Source: Laetmonice hystrix (lineage: Eukaryota). From it: DNA of 64,000 bases. Both the position numbers and the translations under genes were made by a program. The DNA lies in assembly GCA_965235115.1 (NCBI GenBank), contig OZ249437.1, forward strand, positions 46,810,001 through 46,874,000, read 5' to 3'. Positions within the stretch are counted from its first letter, which is position 1. Every line of letters starts with the position of its first letter. A model generated the notes under the pieces. The model was given only the letters and a program-made list of their open reading frames with translations, had not been told where the DNA came from and searched no databases. Below, piece after piece: positions 49,549 through 62,830 of the stretch.

Positions 49549-52512
49549 TCTGTCAGCTTCACATAAATGGCAGCGACATAAGAGGTCAAAGATGACGCGG
49601 AGGGATCCCACTGATAAAGAACAATCAGCATACACTGTTTTGTGCCTGTACCTAACACAGCTAGTAGAGGATTAAAGGTGCCCGTCATCAGTGGCGCGTG
49701 CTGTCTCGGCCGGAGCAGGACTCGTTCACTCACGCCGGCGTCTCGGGTCCGTCTCCCGGTACGGATTGAACCGAGCACGCTTTATGTGATGTCGTTCGGT
49801 CGGCCGCCGCTAGGCGACCGTCCACCGACCTTCACGGCGCCGGGCGGGCAGGCGGGCCACTGCGGCCGCCGCCCGAGCCCTGCACCACGGCACAAAACAG
49901 GGGCTGGGGACATTTCCAGTAACTAGATTTGTCCTTCCTGTCGTATCTTCAAGTAATGAGTTTATCAAACCTCAAACTGAATCAAAAGCATAGAGTATCA
50001 AAAGACCTTCAGCTCGGGTCTAAAATTGGTCTTATCCTGGTTTTCCATGCGTGAAGACGATGCACTTTTTGACAAGTCCATTCATGGTAATTGAACTATA
50101 ACCAGAGCTAACTTCTAATGTTCACAGACCATGCACTAAAATCATTATTATCCTGCGCATCTAAACAAATACCAATTGTATCGTTTCTTTCTGAGAGGTC
50201 CTATACTTTCATCTTCCCTTTTATCTATAAAAGGTTAACATAGAAAACCTGTTCTCAAGCCTCGAGTGCGAAGAGTACTGATTATGGCTATTTTTTATGT
50301 CTTTTAGGCGCTGCCTTGTAATTTACTCACGCATGGCCTCCTAAAAAGCACCCAATCTGGGTAAAAGCCAGATTCATGGGCATACCAATGTCAGCCGTTC
50401 TCCAATACTGCTCCTTGGGTTTTTTTTTCTTATCTGTCTATAGCAGTATGTAGGAATGATACCATTCTGGGTCAAACTCAACTTAATGAATTATGTACTT
50501 CTTGCTATATTAAACAGAATATGGAGACACAAAAATATCAGTGACAGTCACAATTAATATACATGTATGACACGTTGAACATAGTTATTTATCACCATCC
50601 CAATATAAACATTCTTACGTCACATTGCCACGTCAGGTCACGGACCGGCCATAGCACTGGCACGGAGCCAAAGTTTGCCAAGTTTCACTTGGCTCAGCTG
50701 ATCTTTGGTCTGCTTACAGTGAGTGGTCTGAGCAGACAGAGAGAGAGACAGGTAGTGACGGACAGAGGACGCAGTCGGACAGACGGAAGATGGTACTCGT
50801 GACAAGAGCTTCGAGCACACAGATAACAGCCAGCTGAAGCAGCAAACAAGCCATGCTCATTTCTGACCATTAGGCCCATGCAGAACGCTTCATCAGTGCC
50901 ATCACACACGGCTACCCAATAAATGCCCACCCTTTTCTGACCTCTCTTGCTCTAATGAAGTGCCTAATGAAGCAATGAGCTTTGTTGGTTTTTCTCAGCA
51001 GTGCCGAGAGCGTGGCCCCGCCGCCCCTGCCCCACCCCCCATCAGGAGGTGACAGTCAGTAATGCGCTGTAGTAATTGTTCACAACATGTCGGCCTGCCT
51101 CTACAACATGAGATTGGCCGCCCCACAGCCAGCCAGTAAGCGGCGCTCCTATTTATTATTTAGGCCACACATATTGCACTGGCCAGATTGAGTTGAAGGA
51201 GGAAACGCACGGAAGGTCTCGTGCTCTCTTGCTAAAGTCAATCAGTGCAAACTTTTATAATACGACTTTGAACACTCTCCATTGCAAGTTTCTGTTATTA
51301 AATTGGCATTGGAAAACACTTAAATCAATTATATCAACATGAAAATTGACTCCTGCTATATTATACGTGTGGACATTTCAGATGATTTATAAATTCTAAT
51401 CTCTTCTATGCAATACGCAGCTCTTGATATCCCGGTGTTTGGGAACATTAATCCTGTTAAAAACTATACGCCTATACTGATAGCACGGATATCATGTAAC
51501 AAGAAATCACTTTATACTTTTAAGTACATTGCCCATTTCGCTTCAGGTAAAATTAAAGGTCCTGACGCCAACGCCTCTACATCTGTTCAAACTATAACAT
51601 TAACACACCGGAGACATGAGGAGACAGCAGATTAAATGTCCGCAATACCTTAATATCTTCAGATACATGCATAACTAAAATAAGTATAGTGGCAACTCTC
51701 ATGCATGATAGCTCATATCGTCCCTCCTTTCTAAATATCCCGTTATGCCACGGTTTAATGCAATGCTTCAAAGCCATGCAAATACCCTGGTAAGATATTC
51801 AGGCTAGTCCCAGTATTGGTATTTTATCCGTGCTTACATTGCCCATATTAATCAGACTTTATCACTGCTTGGTCCCTCAGCTGAGAAAAAAAATACTGGC
51901 AAACAAACGACGGTATCTATTGTGGGAATTCTCTGTCAGGCATTACGAAAAAACAAGAATAGATGGTTCGTACAGACTACCCTATCAATTGGCACTATCT
52001 GTTAAAATCAAGGCTGGGTACATTGCTGGCGAGAATCTCTTCACTTGGGATGGCCAGTCGGGCTCCTTGTCGTTCTGGCGGTAGTAGTGTGGCAGTACTG
52101 GCCGCCGAGTGGGTGATAGGGGAGTCAGAACTCGGCTGAGAACACACTGTCACAATAGCTATCCGTCATGCTTGTTGACAATGCACACTTGGCTATGTTT
52201 ACATAACAAGGGTCATGACCTAGCTCAGCTGTATCAAAATATCATCAGAGCACTGCAAAATCTACCACTAGCCTATTGGCAAACTGAAACATCTACACAA
52301 TGATCCAATCATCATGCTCAAGAGACCTAGGAAACTAAACAGCAGCTAGCAAGGATTGCTTCTATCTTGCCAAGTCTCCTTCTATAAGGAAAGCTACTAT
52401 CTCCGCTACATGAAGATAATCAAGTAACAACATGCTTTAGAGGGCGTGATACAAATCCATATCTGACCAACGAGCAGACTGGCATTCAGTATAATCCGCA
52501 ATAGTTGTCTAC

Positions 52513-52593
52513 CTGTGAGGTTGTCCAGAGTGTCTGAGGTGACCGTGAACGGAGACTTGGCAGAGCTGGCGTCTGCTCCGGGCTCAACCTTTA
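52513..52593 (-). CDS. eya: eya exon 2: (V)KVEPGADASSAKSPFTVTSDTLDNLT(G)
   Basis: ttttccag acceptor, CAG|GTAGAC donor, 81 nt, phase 1 to 1; resembles EYA1 VKTEP...SLNNFSG. Confidence 0.85.
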
Positions 52594-55500
52594 CTGGAAA
52601 ACCAAACACAAGAGATGAGTCTTGTGCCAGAGAAGGTTTCAAGCTTCGGCTCGGCCCACAATCACACACGCTCTTCCAGCAATTATAGCAGAAACAGAAA
52701 TCCTGAGAGCAATTGAGAGCACCGCTCAAAACTGCCATGTTGGGGGGACGGTGGTCGGCAGCTGTGCCGCCGGACCCGCAGCGGCCGTCCCCGTGTCGGT
52801 GGTAGTAGCGCGGGGATGAAGGAGGGTGGTGGTCGCTCGGGGTGGCCGTCCCCCGGCACCGAGTTACTCAGCGCTCCGGTCCTTGCTGCCCGGGGTACCG
52901 CTCCCCGCCGCCCGGCCGTCCTCTACTACAATATACGGGACCGCACTACACGTCATACACAGCGGACGGGTGGGGCGCAAACATCCATCTCTGCTGCCGG
53001 GTAGATGTTTATGATGCCAACATCATCACTTTAAATCCAGCGAAGCATCTTCCGTGTGCCCTATGGTAGATGACGCCTTGCGCCGTCCCTGCCCTCACAG
53101 GTAGCAGCATCCAAGGCTGGGGCCGCTCAGTGCCGATCTCAACCGTCTCGGTACCCTGGGCGTGGATTACTATTGCCCGTCTCAGGCTCGCCGGGATGTC
53201 CTGGCAGATGAAGCCGTGTATAGTCCCAGTGTGAATGAAGTAAGGTCTACTAAAGTCCACAGAACCAGACACCATCGGCATACTACATTATGACAGGGGT
53301 TTCAAATGAAGGTCTTGTTTGATGCCCGCGATGAGGGCGGGGGATGGAAGAATCAGAAAGCCGCTGCAGCAGCCAGCCACCACGGCATACACTTTACAAG
53401 GGTTGTATCTCCGTACTCCACAAGCTGTAAGAGATGCACGTATTACGGTTGCCTCTAATGTCACTGAAATACCACGGTAGAATTTGGTCGTTTTGACAGA
53501 GCCTTGTGCCAGTATTGGGGCAGGCGTGGAGGTTATTGATGCGACCACTCAGTGAGCCCATTTTCTGCTGTCCCTCCGCCAAGCCCGGCCGTACGCTAGC
53601 GTAGTAGCGGCACCATCCATTACAGGACCGGGGGTAGCGACTGACAGGCAATCACCGCACCTAATTCCCACCACTCCGGTTAATCCTCCTAAAATCAACA
53701 CTGGGACAAACGTTAAATCAGTCACTCCGAATCACAAGTAATAATTTCCCTAAAACAAACCCTGTCAATCAGCGCACACTCATTTAAGCAGCACACAGTT
53801 TTTTAGGCTCTTGACTGAAAGACGCGAGCCAGAAACAATTGCCTGCGAGATTGAGAGAAATGCTGACGCGATAGGCATCGATCAATGTGGATATGACACC
53901 CACATCAGCACCTCTCATAACCCCTTTACTTATCAGTGATTTCATCGTAACTACTGGCAGCACTTTTCACCCCAACCCCATTAACTAAATCCGCACTGCT
54001 GAGCGGCGGCAGATCATGTCCTACTTCACGAACCCTTCACGACCGCAGCTCCCGTCCACCTTTTTAAATACCCACTTACACTGTTTATAGTTTACAGGCT
54101 GTTTTCACGACATAAGTCAAAGATAGCTATTCACTGACAGAATGTACGGTAATCCTGGTCTGTGCCTGTCTAGACGACGGCCTATACGAGTTGTGGTCAT
54201 CAATACAGTATCACCATAAGCATAACGTACAGGTTTCAGTTGGAACCAGGTGTTGTACACTCAGCGTAATGCTTAGGGCACCCTGTCAGTGCCATGTGAA
54301 ACCTTTGTCTTGTTTTTATACGCATTTTTTGGCCTTTCCAAGAAATAAATCCATTCTAGTCTCTGTCATTACCCTTATCCCGGAGAAGTTCAATGTAAGA
54401 CTAATCTACCCGCTTACATTGCTTTGTGTAAGTCAATGTGTCTCTTCCGTACATCTCACTAAACACGACTGTGTCAACGGCTGCGAAAAGATGGTTGAAT
54501 AGCACCAGGTTAAATATTTAAATGACGTGAAGCCAGGAGTAGTTAGCACTGGCTCAAATAGACGAGATGGAAGTCGAGCCGCTCACCAACTGACCTAAGC
54601 CATGCCTGCTAGTCACCGTCCCAGCCTGCCTGCCTGCACCCTTTCCCCCTTGAGACGTGACACACAACTTGCCCGACTTCCAGCAAAGACCAGCTCAACA
54701 TCCCCAAACTCTGCGCATCCTTGTGGACAGCTCACACACCCTACATATTATTGCCTACCTCCAAATGCTATCCTTTCCAGCAGCATGAGCCCTCTGCAAC
54801 ATATACATCCAGCTGCTCACTTAACGGAAGCCAAATTGATGCCGAGGACAATGGTGTGGATACTTGTCTGTTGTGAACTGGCCGGCCATCGCCCGGCTCC
54901 ATCGCTCCCCGTGGCTGTGTTGAGAACTGCCTTCGCTCCTATTGGCTGCCGCCTCCGCTCAGCGTCTTATGATTGACAGCCGACTGCCAGCAGCAACCGA
55001 AGCCTCTAAATAGATGCCTGCGACTCAAGTGTGTTTGACAAGTCCGCCTTCGTGAGGAGCAGCGTTTTGGTGGCGTAGACACAGGTGCACACTGACTAAT
55101 GTGTGGTAATTGGGCAACAATTCCCTCAAGCACTAAGCTCTTACGACAGCAGCCTCACTACAGTGTATAGGTGGTCACTGCTAACCAGTCCATTTCCCTA
55201 CCCCCTCCAACGCTTCCTCTATGGTCTAATTATCTAGGACATTGAAAACTGCTGAAAACAAGAGACAAGCAATGAGCACAAGGTTGTAATCAGTGCCATC
55301 AACTCCACGCAACTGGTCGTGGATTCAGCCTTTGTAATCCTGACCCCCCCCCCCGCTCTCTTATCTTGTTTCCATTTTTCTCCCTTTCTCTCCACCGTAA
55401 AACTTTCTAAGCCACGGATCAAGCCTTCTCTGCGGTTTTTCAACAGACACTTTATCATTTAAGTGTCATCTGAGCAAATATTTTAAAATCATGCTCGTGA

Positions 55501-56486
55501 TTTTTATCTGCTTTACACAGGAATCAGTATTGAGTAGCACAGGTTCAATACAAACTTCCACACAAAAGTGTAATCAATGCGATGTTTCTGTTAACTTGTG
55601 TGATGCCCTGGTGCAAAATATGAAAAGGTGAACAAAATGTGTTCAAGTTTGACATTAATAATCTTAAAATCTAAATACTTGTAATGAATGTTTCAACAGT
55701 TTCTTTGTGGCTTTGCTTTGCAAAGTGTAAAAGCGGGAAATGCTGCAGTTCATTTTACTGTCGATTCCCCATCCCTTCAGGACAGGCAGGGCGGTAGCGT
55801 GGTCAGGTCTTGATACTGATACGTTTTAACAAAAGTGCCAAGTCTAAACCTTCAGTGTAACAATTGGCTGGAGAACAATGGGTCAGTAGTGATCTATACC
55901 TGTGTCGAAGTCTCATGGGATTTGTGAAGATCTGGTAGGTCAAACATATGGGATGACAGGATAAACAGGGTGACGCAAGGCTCCCCTGTCACCCGTCCCC
56001 CCACTCCAGACAGCGGTCAGTGAGTAGGTCTGTAGGCCGTGGTCTATAACTACACCATGCCCCCCCGCCTCATGGCCCTGGGCAGCACTACCACTCCACC
56101 CGGTAATGTGCAGGTAAACACTTGACTCCTGCTCCGGGCCGCTCAAGTAACCATTAGGGAATTAATAAACATTCTACCCTGATTTACAACTGATGCTAGG
56201 CTAGTTTTACTACAAATCACCAAGCCATACGTCAACAATGTTCTTCACCTCCCTCCAGACATGCCAATGTTTGATAGTTTATACACGAGTTTTGTGATAC
56301 TTGGCTCGTTTACAGGCCGGTTAGTGTCTGTCCATTATTAACAGCCACAGTTTATCTGAACCACAGCTCAACCCTTCATTAAAAGATCTTCTACTCGGGC
56401 GATCTCTACGTAAACATCTCAGAGAGAAACCAACCGTTAACTGGGACATACACGACCTTGTCTCACAGTCATAGTACCGCCGTGTG

Positions 56487-56500
56487 TCACTAGGTGGCGC
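56487..56500 (+). promoter_or_regulatory. CTCF-like motif
   Basis: TCACTAGGTGGCGC, 1 mismatch to CCASYAGRKGGCRS. Confidence 0.35.
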
Positions 56501-58205
56501 GAGTGTGCCACAGCTATTGGGAGTTGGACTCGCCGCGAATTTTCTTTTTCCTCTTTGTTGAGTTGGCTGGCATCCGTTATTAATCCAACCATTAGAAACT
56601 CCCTTCCCTCGTCAAATCCTTTTAGTTAAATCTGTTATCGTTTGAGCAATACTTTCATAATACAGACTGGATCAGCTCAGCACCTCGACCTTTCGATGCC
56701 ACTATCCGCAGATTTTGATCCATGACGAGCATGATAAACGGGGGGGGGGGGAGTCGCTGTGTGTTACCTTAACTATTCAATACGACATCCCTATTGACAT
56801 CAAGAAGGAGGTACCACTCGACTCTAGACTCTCGGCTCGGGAACCGTTCTGGGACAGTAACATGGACGACCACGTGCTCGCCCTATCCCTGTCACCTTCA
56901 GTCACCTTGTGCTTGCCATGACCTCAGCCTGATGACCTCCGTCAGTCCTCTCACCTCCCCGACTCGCCCACCCAAGTTGTAGTTCTGCTAGACAACTTCT
57001 GTCCGGACAGCTGTTGGCTCAGGACTTCTAATTCCACCACAAAGTACAGCAAGGTTCCACTGTCCCTACATGCCGACTTTACAACTGTCAGGTCCATCCA
57101 AACTAGGGGTTGCCCCACCCTGCCCCGGTAACGCGGTTATCGCCACTTAGGTGGGTAAGTAGGCATTCGTAGGTTTTACAATATAAATAAACTTTCCCGT
57201 TCCATGTAAATACCAACATCAGCTAATAATGACTGAGTAAAGCGAAAAATTATAATTAAAATAATAAATAAAACCACTTTTTTTAAACCCTGCAACTTCA
57301 AATGAGCATTATGGATTCCTATTCCCTTTCCGGTTCATGATGTGGCGCCACACAATGCCATCTCGAGTACGAGGTGCCACCTATACGGATCTTTATATTC
57401 TCCAACAGTAAAGGGGCGAATTGTCATTAAACAAACCTTGTGATACGGTAGAAAACGACTCTTTCCGGCTTAAAACCTTTCTACCAACTATGGTAGGGCC
57501 ATTCTAAACTAGACTGGAGGTGGACAGGTCTTCCTAATGGCTACAATAATTGTTTGTATCCTAAACAAAATCATCATTACATCCCCTCCCTCCCCTTCTA
57601 GTTGCCGTCCCTGCCATCTACACGTGCTCATCTGTTGAACCACTAACAAACACTTGTGTTGACTGCACTGAAATAAATCCTGCTGCTGTTTCACATTTAT
57701 TGACCCCAAACAGAAGTGAAAGCACCAGAAAAAGTGGGTCAGCACGCGGCTTGGTCCCGGAATCCACACGGACAAGGCCGTGATGACCGACTAGACAGTG
57801 ACGATTCCATGTCTCACTAACCCCCGCCCACCCCTGCCTATAGAAACCCTCATCCCTCCCCACTCCCACCCTTCATCCCTCCCCACTCCCACCCTTCCAG
57901 TCCCCTATACGTGGGGGGGGGGGGGGGGGTCCCTAAAACTTGTCACTCTCTCACTTCCTGTTCACTGAACCCTTCGCACACCTCCAACATTTCATGCCAG
58001 GGAGAATTAAATCCGTGTAAATTTCCTGCCCACGAAATTGTGCCACGGTTGGTTGACGACAGGGTAACAATGATTACCCTCCCCCCCAGCGTCGCCTACC
58101 TTAGGAACCCCCTCCATCCAACGGCCTCGTTCCCACCCGATTAAACATAAAAAGTCCAATATGCTTAAAACAAAAGTGAAAATAAAACCACATAGGATGA
58201 TCAGG

Positions 58206-58418
58206 TATAAAATTACAAGCCAACAGAAATATCAAAACTATAATAATAGTGTATCCCGGGGAATTATGTTTCCATGCTAATAGCAATTAATATTTAATTT
58301 TGTATAATCTTATAAAATTACAAGCCAACAGAAATATCAAAACTATAATAATAGTGTATCCCGGGGAATTATGTTTCCATGCTAATAGCAATTAATATTT
58401 AATTTTGTATAATCTTAT
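58206..58418. repeat. Perfect 105-bp AT-rich tandem duplication
   Basis: 58206-58310 is identical to 58311-58415. Confidence 0.95.
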
Positions 58419-58594
58419 CCACCTCACAATATAATCTTCAACAGCACAGTGATAATGGTATTTTCCTATTTTCCTCCAAGCAAAAGGTTACATGTGACGG
58501 ATAAGAGTCCTTATGTCCACTGTTACCTCACTGCATGGTAACAAGTCATCAACAGCAATGAAATGGACACAATGATGTATACATTTTCTCTTAC

Positions 58595-58631
58595 CTAAAT
58601 TTGCCAATACCATTAGAGATTGAGCACACAT
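58595..58631 (-). CDS. eya: Candidate first coding exon of eya: MCAQSLMVLANL(V); the whole exon is probably 58595-58712 including 5'UTR
   Basis: ATG at 58631 (A at -3, in-frame TAG upstream), second ATG at 58613, donor TTAG|GTAAGA in phase 1 matching exon 2, possible acceptor ctaatttgcag at 58713. No homology recognised. Confidence 0.5.
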
Positions 58632-60857
58632 GCTGGGCTACACAATCCATTAACAAGTGTGTTCTCGGCTTTTATGTCAACATAATTTCTTAGCTGATGA
58701 GACCTTGGAGATCTGCAAATTAGATGCACCAAGCAATAGCGTCGCCTCAAATGCCTGTCAAGCACACGCTGCAAGTTGTCTTCAGCGTGAGGGCCAACCT
58801 CTGACCGGGCCGACTCATCCATCCTGACTGTGTCTGCCACTGTCAGCGGCCACCAGCGCAGTCAGTAAGTCCACCACCACGCCACCCAACCGCCCTCCAT
58901 TTGCTCTCGGCCAATTGATATGCACACTCACATTGGGCAAAGTGTGCCTTCCCCTCTGTCAAAGTGGGCACACTTGCAAATTATGCTATATTGACATCTT
59001 AGGATGGAATAGACGCCGCCGGGAATCATTATGTGAATGTGGGCCATCGGTGGAGTGGTCCTGATGTTGTTTGACTTGTGGAGGTAGCACTCTACCACCC
59101 TCATCCAAAAAACGACCTGAAACAGTGCTCCCGGCGGCACACTGGGAAAAATCTCGTCCGCTTGTCAATGTGGAGCTGAGTTTCTCTGAGGTTGGAAGGT
59201 TTTGTAGTGTGACAAATGTTGGTGACAATCACAGTGTAGTGGCAGTGGTGAGACCGGATAGAATGGTACCAAAGGCAGTACGTTTTTACTAACTGGACAC
59301 AGAGAGATAGTGGGCAGTAGTTATCACAGGGCTCAGTTTCTCTCTGTGTGTGTCCTTCCTTCCTCTGTCTCAGTCTAAATAGGTGGTCGGTCGCACCTAG
59401 TTAAATAAATTTGACAGAGCTGATTTTGGGACACCCACAATGGCCCAGACCTGGCCTTTCGTTGTTGAGTTGTTATAATGCTTTGAGATGGCACACAACA
59501 GTCAGACACGTGTATAGACAAAGCCATCTCTGTTATAAACCTCCACAGACCCACACTCATTTACCTGTCTTCCTTCACAACACCTGGGTGCAAAATTTAT
59601 CTGGCAGACAATGGCAATCATTTGATGTATAAATAATTGCAGCAAACCTTAAGATACACAGCCCCAGCACTGCTCAGTATTATTCAACGGCGAGACCATT
59701 TATAATTCAAGAACTTCTATTGCAGAAACATCAATGGGAGATGGCTGTGGTCTACGGGCGCTGATAGGAAACGACGGCGACGGGCAGGCAAGGCCAGTGT
59801 CTTCCGTCTCCTTCATCCTTCCATCTGCACGGCCCCATAAAGACCTCTAAAAATGTATTGCCGCTTTGCCATGGGCATGGAGCAGAAGAAGAAACCATCT
59901 TCACAGGCCTTGTAACTTTGTGGAGGAATCAATGGGAAGCCTTCTAGCAAGGACTTTACCCGGATGGCCGTCCATATAACTTCACAGCCGCCGCTACAAT
60001 CCACTAATAACATTCCCTGTGTCTTTGCCAAACTGCCTCCCACAATATCTAATTCTTTCTTCTGCATTCATGTCTACAAATTCATACATCGACGCAGCAT
60101 GTGCCGTGGTCTCGAAACGACTAGCAACAAGCTTGATCTGTGTGTGGGAGTTTACCTCACCGCAACCAATGTGTTTAAAAACATGTATTTTGTCTGCGTA
60201 TATATACGCACTTAAATGTACAGACAAACTACTTTCTTTATTACCGTACTCACACAGGTTGGTAGTAGCAGTAATAAAACACAACCTTTCTTATCTGAAC
60301 AATCTGTACACTTGACAGACACGACATTTCTATCGGAGTATAATACGCCAGATTCTGATTGATTTAACAAAGGAAGATAAGAAACCCGGCTGAATCTACC
60401 CCCGTTTTATATAGTCACTACCTGGCTATTGTTTCTGGTTTCGGCAAGCACTTCCTCATTATGTGGGTCACCTGTGACATTGGGCAGGTAAGGCTGGCAA
60501 GTGTTGGTCGGGCGGTCCAGTTTCCACACACCATTTAACAGGTTTTCCGCCACGCCCACGACTGTCGCTGAACTGGGTTCCCCAAACCAATGTCAGAGAC
60601 ATATATAAATAGCCCTGAGCAGTTTTTGCCGGAGACTTCCATGCAAGCCCGACCTAGCTGTGGATGGCAGCTGAAATATGTTGTGTAGTCTTGAAACATC
60701 AAAGTTGCGCTGACAGTGGCAGGCGTCAGGTAAGGTCCAGGCTAGGTGACATCGACACGAGTGATGACAGTCACCTATACATGCTATAGCCAGTCGGTAA
60801 CGGCTACACACCGAGTCTTCACGCTAACATTTCACCTGATCTGTCCCACGATCCAAC

Positions 60858-62039
60858 TGTCCCCCTCTTACCACACCGTACAGTGGAACTGTCCCCCTCT
60901 TACCACACAGTACAGTGGTACTCTCCCCCTCTTACCACACCGTACAGTGGTACTGTCCCCCTCTTACCACACCGTACAGTGGTACTGTCCCCCTCTTACC
61001 ACACCGTACAGTGGTACTGTCCCCCTCTTACCATACAGTATAGTGGTACTGTCCCCCTCTTACCACACAGTACAGTGGTACTGTCCCCCTCTTACCACAC
61101 CGTACAGTGGTACTTTCCCCCTCTTACCGCACCGTACAGTCGAACTGTCCCCCTCTTACCACACCGTACAGTGGTACTGTCCCCCTCTTACAGCACCGTA
61201 CAGTGGTACTGTCCCCCTCTTACCACACCGTACAGTCGAACTGTCCCCCTCTTACCACACCGTAAGTGGTACTGTCCCCCTCTTACCACACCGTACAGTG
61301 GTACTGTCCCCTTCTTACCGCACCGTACAGTCGAACTGCCCCGCTCTTACCACACAGTACAGTGGTACTGTCCCCCTCTTACCACACCGTAAGTGGTACT
61401 GTCCCCCTCTTACCACACCGTACAGTCGAACTGCCCCCCTCTTACAGCACCGTACAGTGGTACCCTTGCTGTGTGGTGGATCTTACTGTCCCCCTCTTAC
61501 CACACCGTACAGTGGTACCCTTGCTGTGTGGTGGATCTAACTGTCCCCCTCTTACCACACCGTACAGTGGTACCCTTGCTGTGTGGTGGATCTAACTGCC
61601 CCCCCTTACCACACCGTACAGTGGTACCCTTGCTGTGTGGTGGATCTAACTGTCCCCCTCTTACCACACCGTACAGTGGTACCCTTGCTGTGTGGTGGAT
61701 CTAACTGTCCCCCTCTTACCACACCGTACAGTGGTACCCTTGCTGTGTGGTGGATCTAACTGTCCCCCTCTTACCACACCGTACAGTGGTACCCTTGCTG
61801 TGTGGTGGATCTAACTGTCCCCCTCTTACCACACCGCACAGTGGTACCCTTGCTGTGTGGTGGATCTAACTGCCCCCTCTTACCACACAATACAGTGGAA
61901 CTGCCCCCCCCCCCCCTCACAGTACAGTCACGTACCCTTGCTGTGTGGTGGATCTAACTGCCCCCCTCTTACCACACCGTACAGTCGAACTGTCCCCCTC
62001 TTACCACACAGTAGAGTGGTACCCTTGCTGTGTGGTGGA
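60858..62039. repeat. Composite minisatellite: a 32-bp unit grading into a 55-bp unit
   Basis: TGTCCCCCTCTTACCACACCGTACAGTGGTAC; from about 61460 it is extended by CCTTGCTGTGTGGTGGATCTAAC. Confidence 0.97.
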
Positions 62040-62631
62040 GAATTGATAGCCGACCCACGACACGCTTCCGTTAGTGTTACTGGCCTAGAGAGAACTGCCT
62101 ACCACAACCATTGTACCGTTACAGATTACAATCAGATTTGGCTGACATAAACATGATGTGTGCTTACCTTGTACTGCTGTATTCACTCCTGTTATTGCCC
62201 ATGTGTCGGTGCTACTGAAGCTACTCGTGTCACCGCTTGCAGATAAAGATCCTATGTGACCTGTAAAAAAACAAAACAGTTGTCCATATATATGGGGAGA
62301 CAAGAATCAACTCAAGATGTCTAACCAGGGGTGTGCAATACCGATAACATTCCCGATTAACCGTCTTTTTCACTCTGTCGTTCGCCTTCTCAGTACACAT
62401 GCAAGTCCTGGAGAACATTCACCCGTTATATCGACATACCCCGCCGCCTTATCGAGCCCGTATATTTCAAACGCTGTCAAATGGAGCTATTTAAATTTAC
62501 GATTCGACTGCTCCTTTTCTTTTCACGTTGAGGTCAAACGTTTTCTCAGACCGTGAGTTTTATTTTGACAAGTTATCTCGGAACTTGTATCATATACCGA
62601 TAAATGAGTCTTTTTCAAGTTATCCTTAATG

Positions 62632-62830
62632 TTAAGAGATTTTTTTACATCCTAATTTATGTTTATTACAAACACTATATTTGAAGAACGTCTTTGGCGT
62701 AATGACGCCCCTCCACCATTCTATAATATAGTCGGTGGTGGGCGACTTCTTGACCCGAAGACTAGCTGTCACTTTAAAAAAAACTGGTAACTGGTATGCA
62801 CCGCGTGAAATAAACCAAGGTAATACAACA
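62632..62830 (-). mobile_element. Possible degraded 3' fragment of a non-LTR retrotransposon (L1/Tx1-like) ORF2
   Basis: Translation LPWFISRGAYQL...IIEWWRGVI...KYSVCNKHKLGCKK loosely resembles the C-terminal tail of L1/Tx1 ORF2; no RT motif seen. Confidence 0.25.

Noticed and set aside
58613-58840. 75-aa ORF over exon 1 as the Eya N-terminus
   Set aside because: It stops at TAA 58615-58613 before the donor and is out of frame with exon 2.
60590-60615. CCAAT followed by TATATAAAT
   Set aside because: The spacing is too short, it points away from eya on the plus strand, and no downstream gene is evident.
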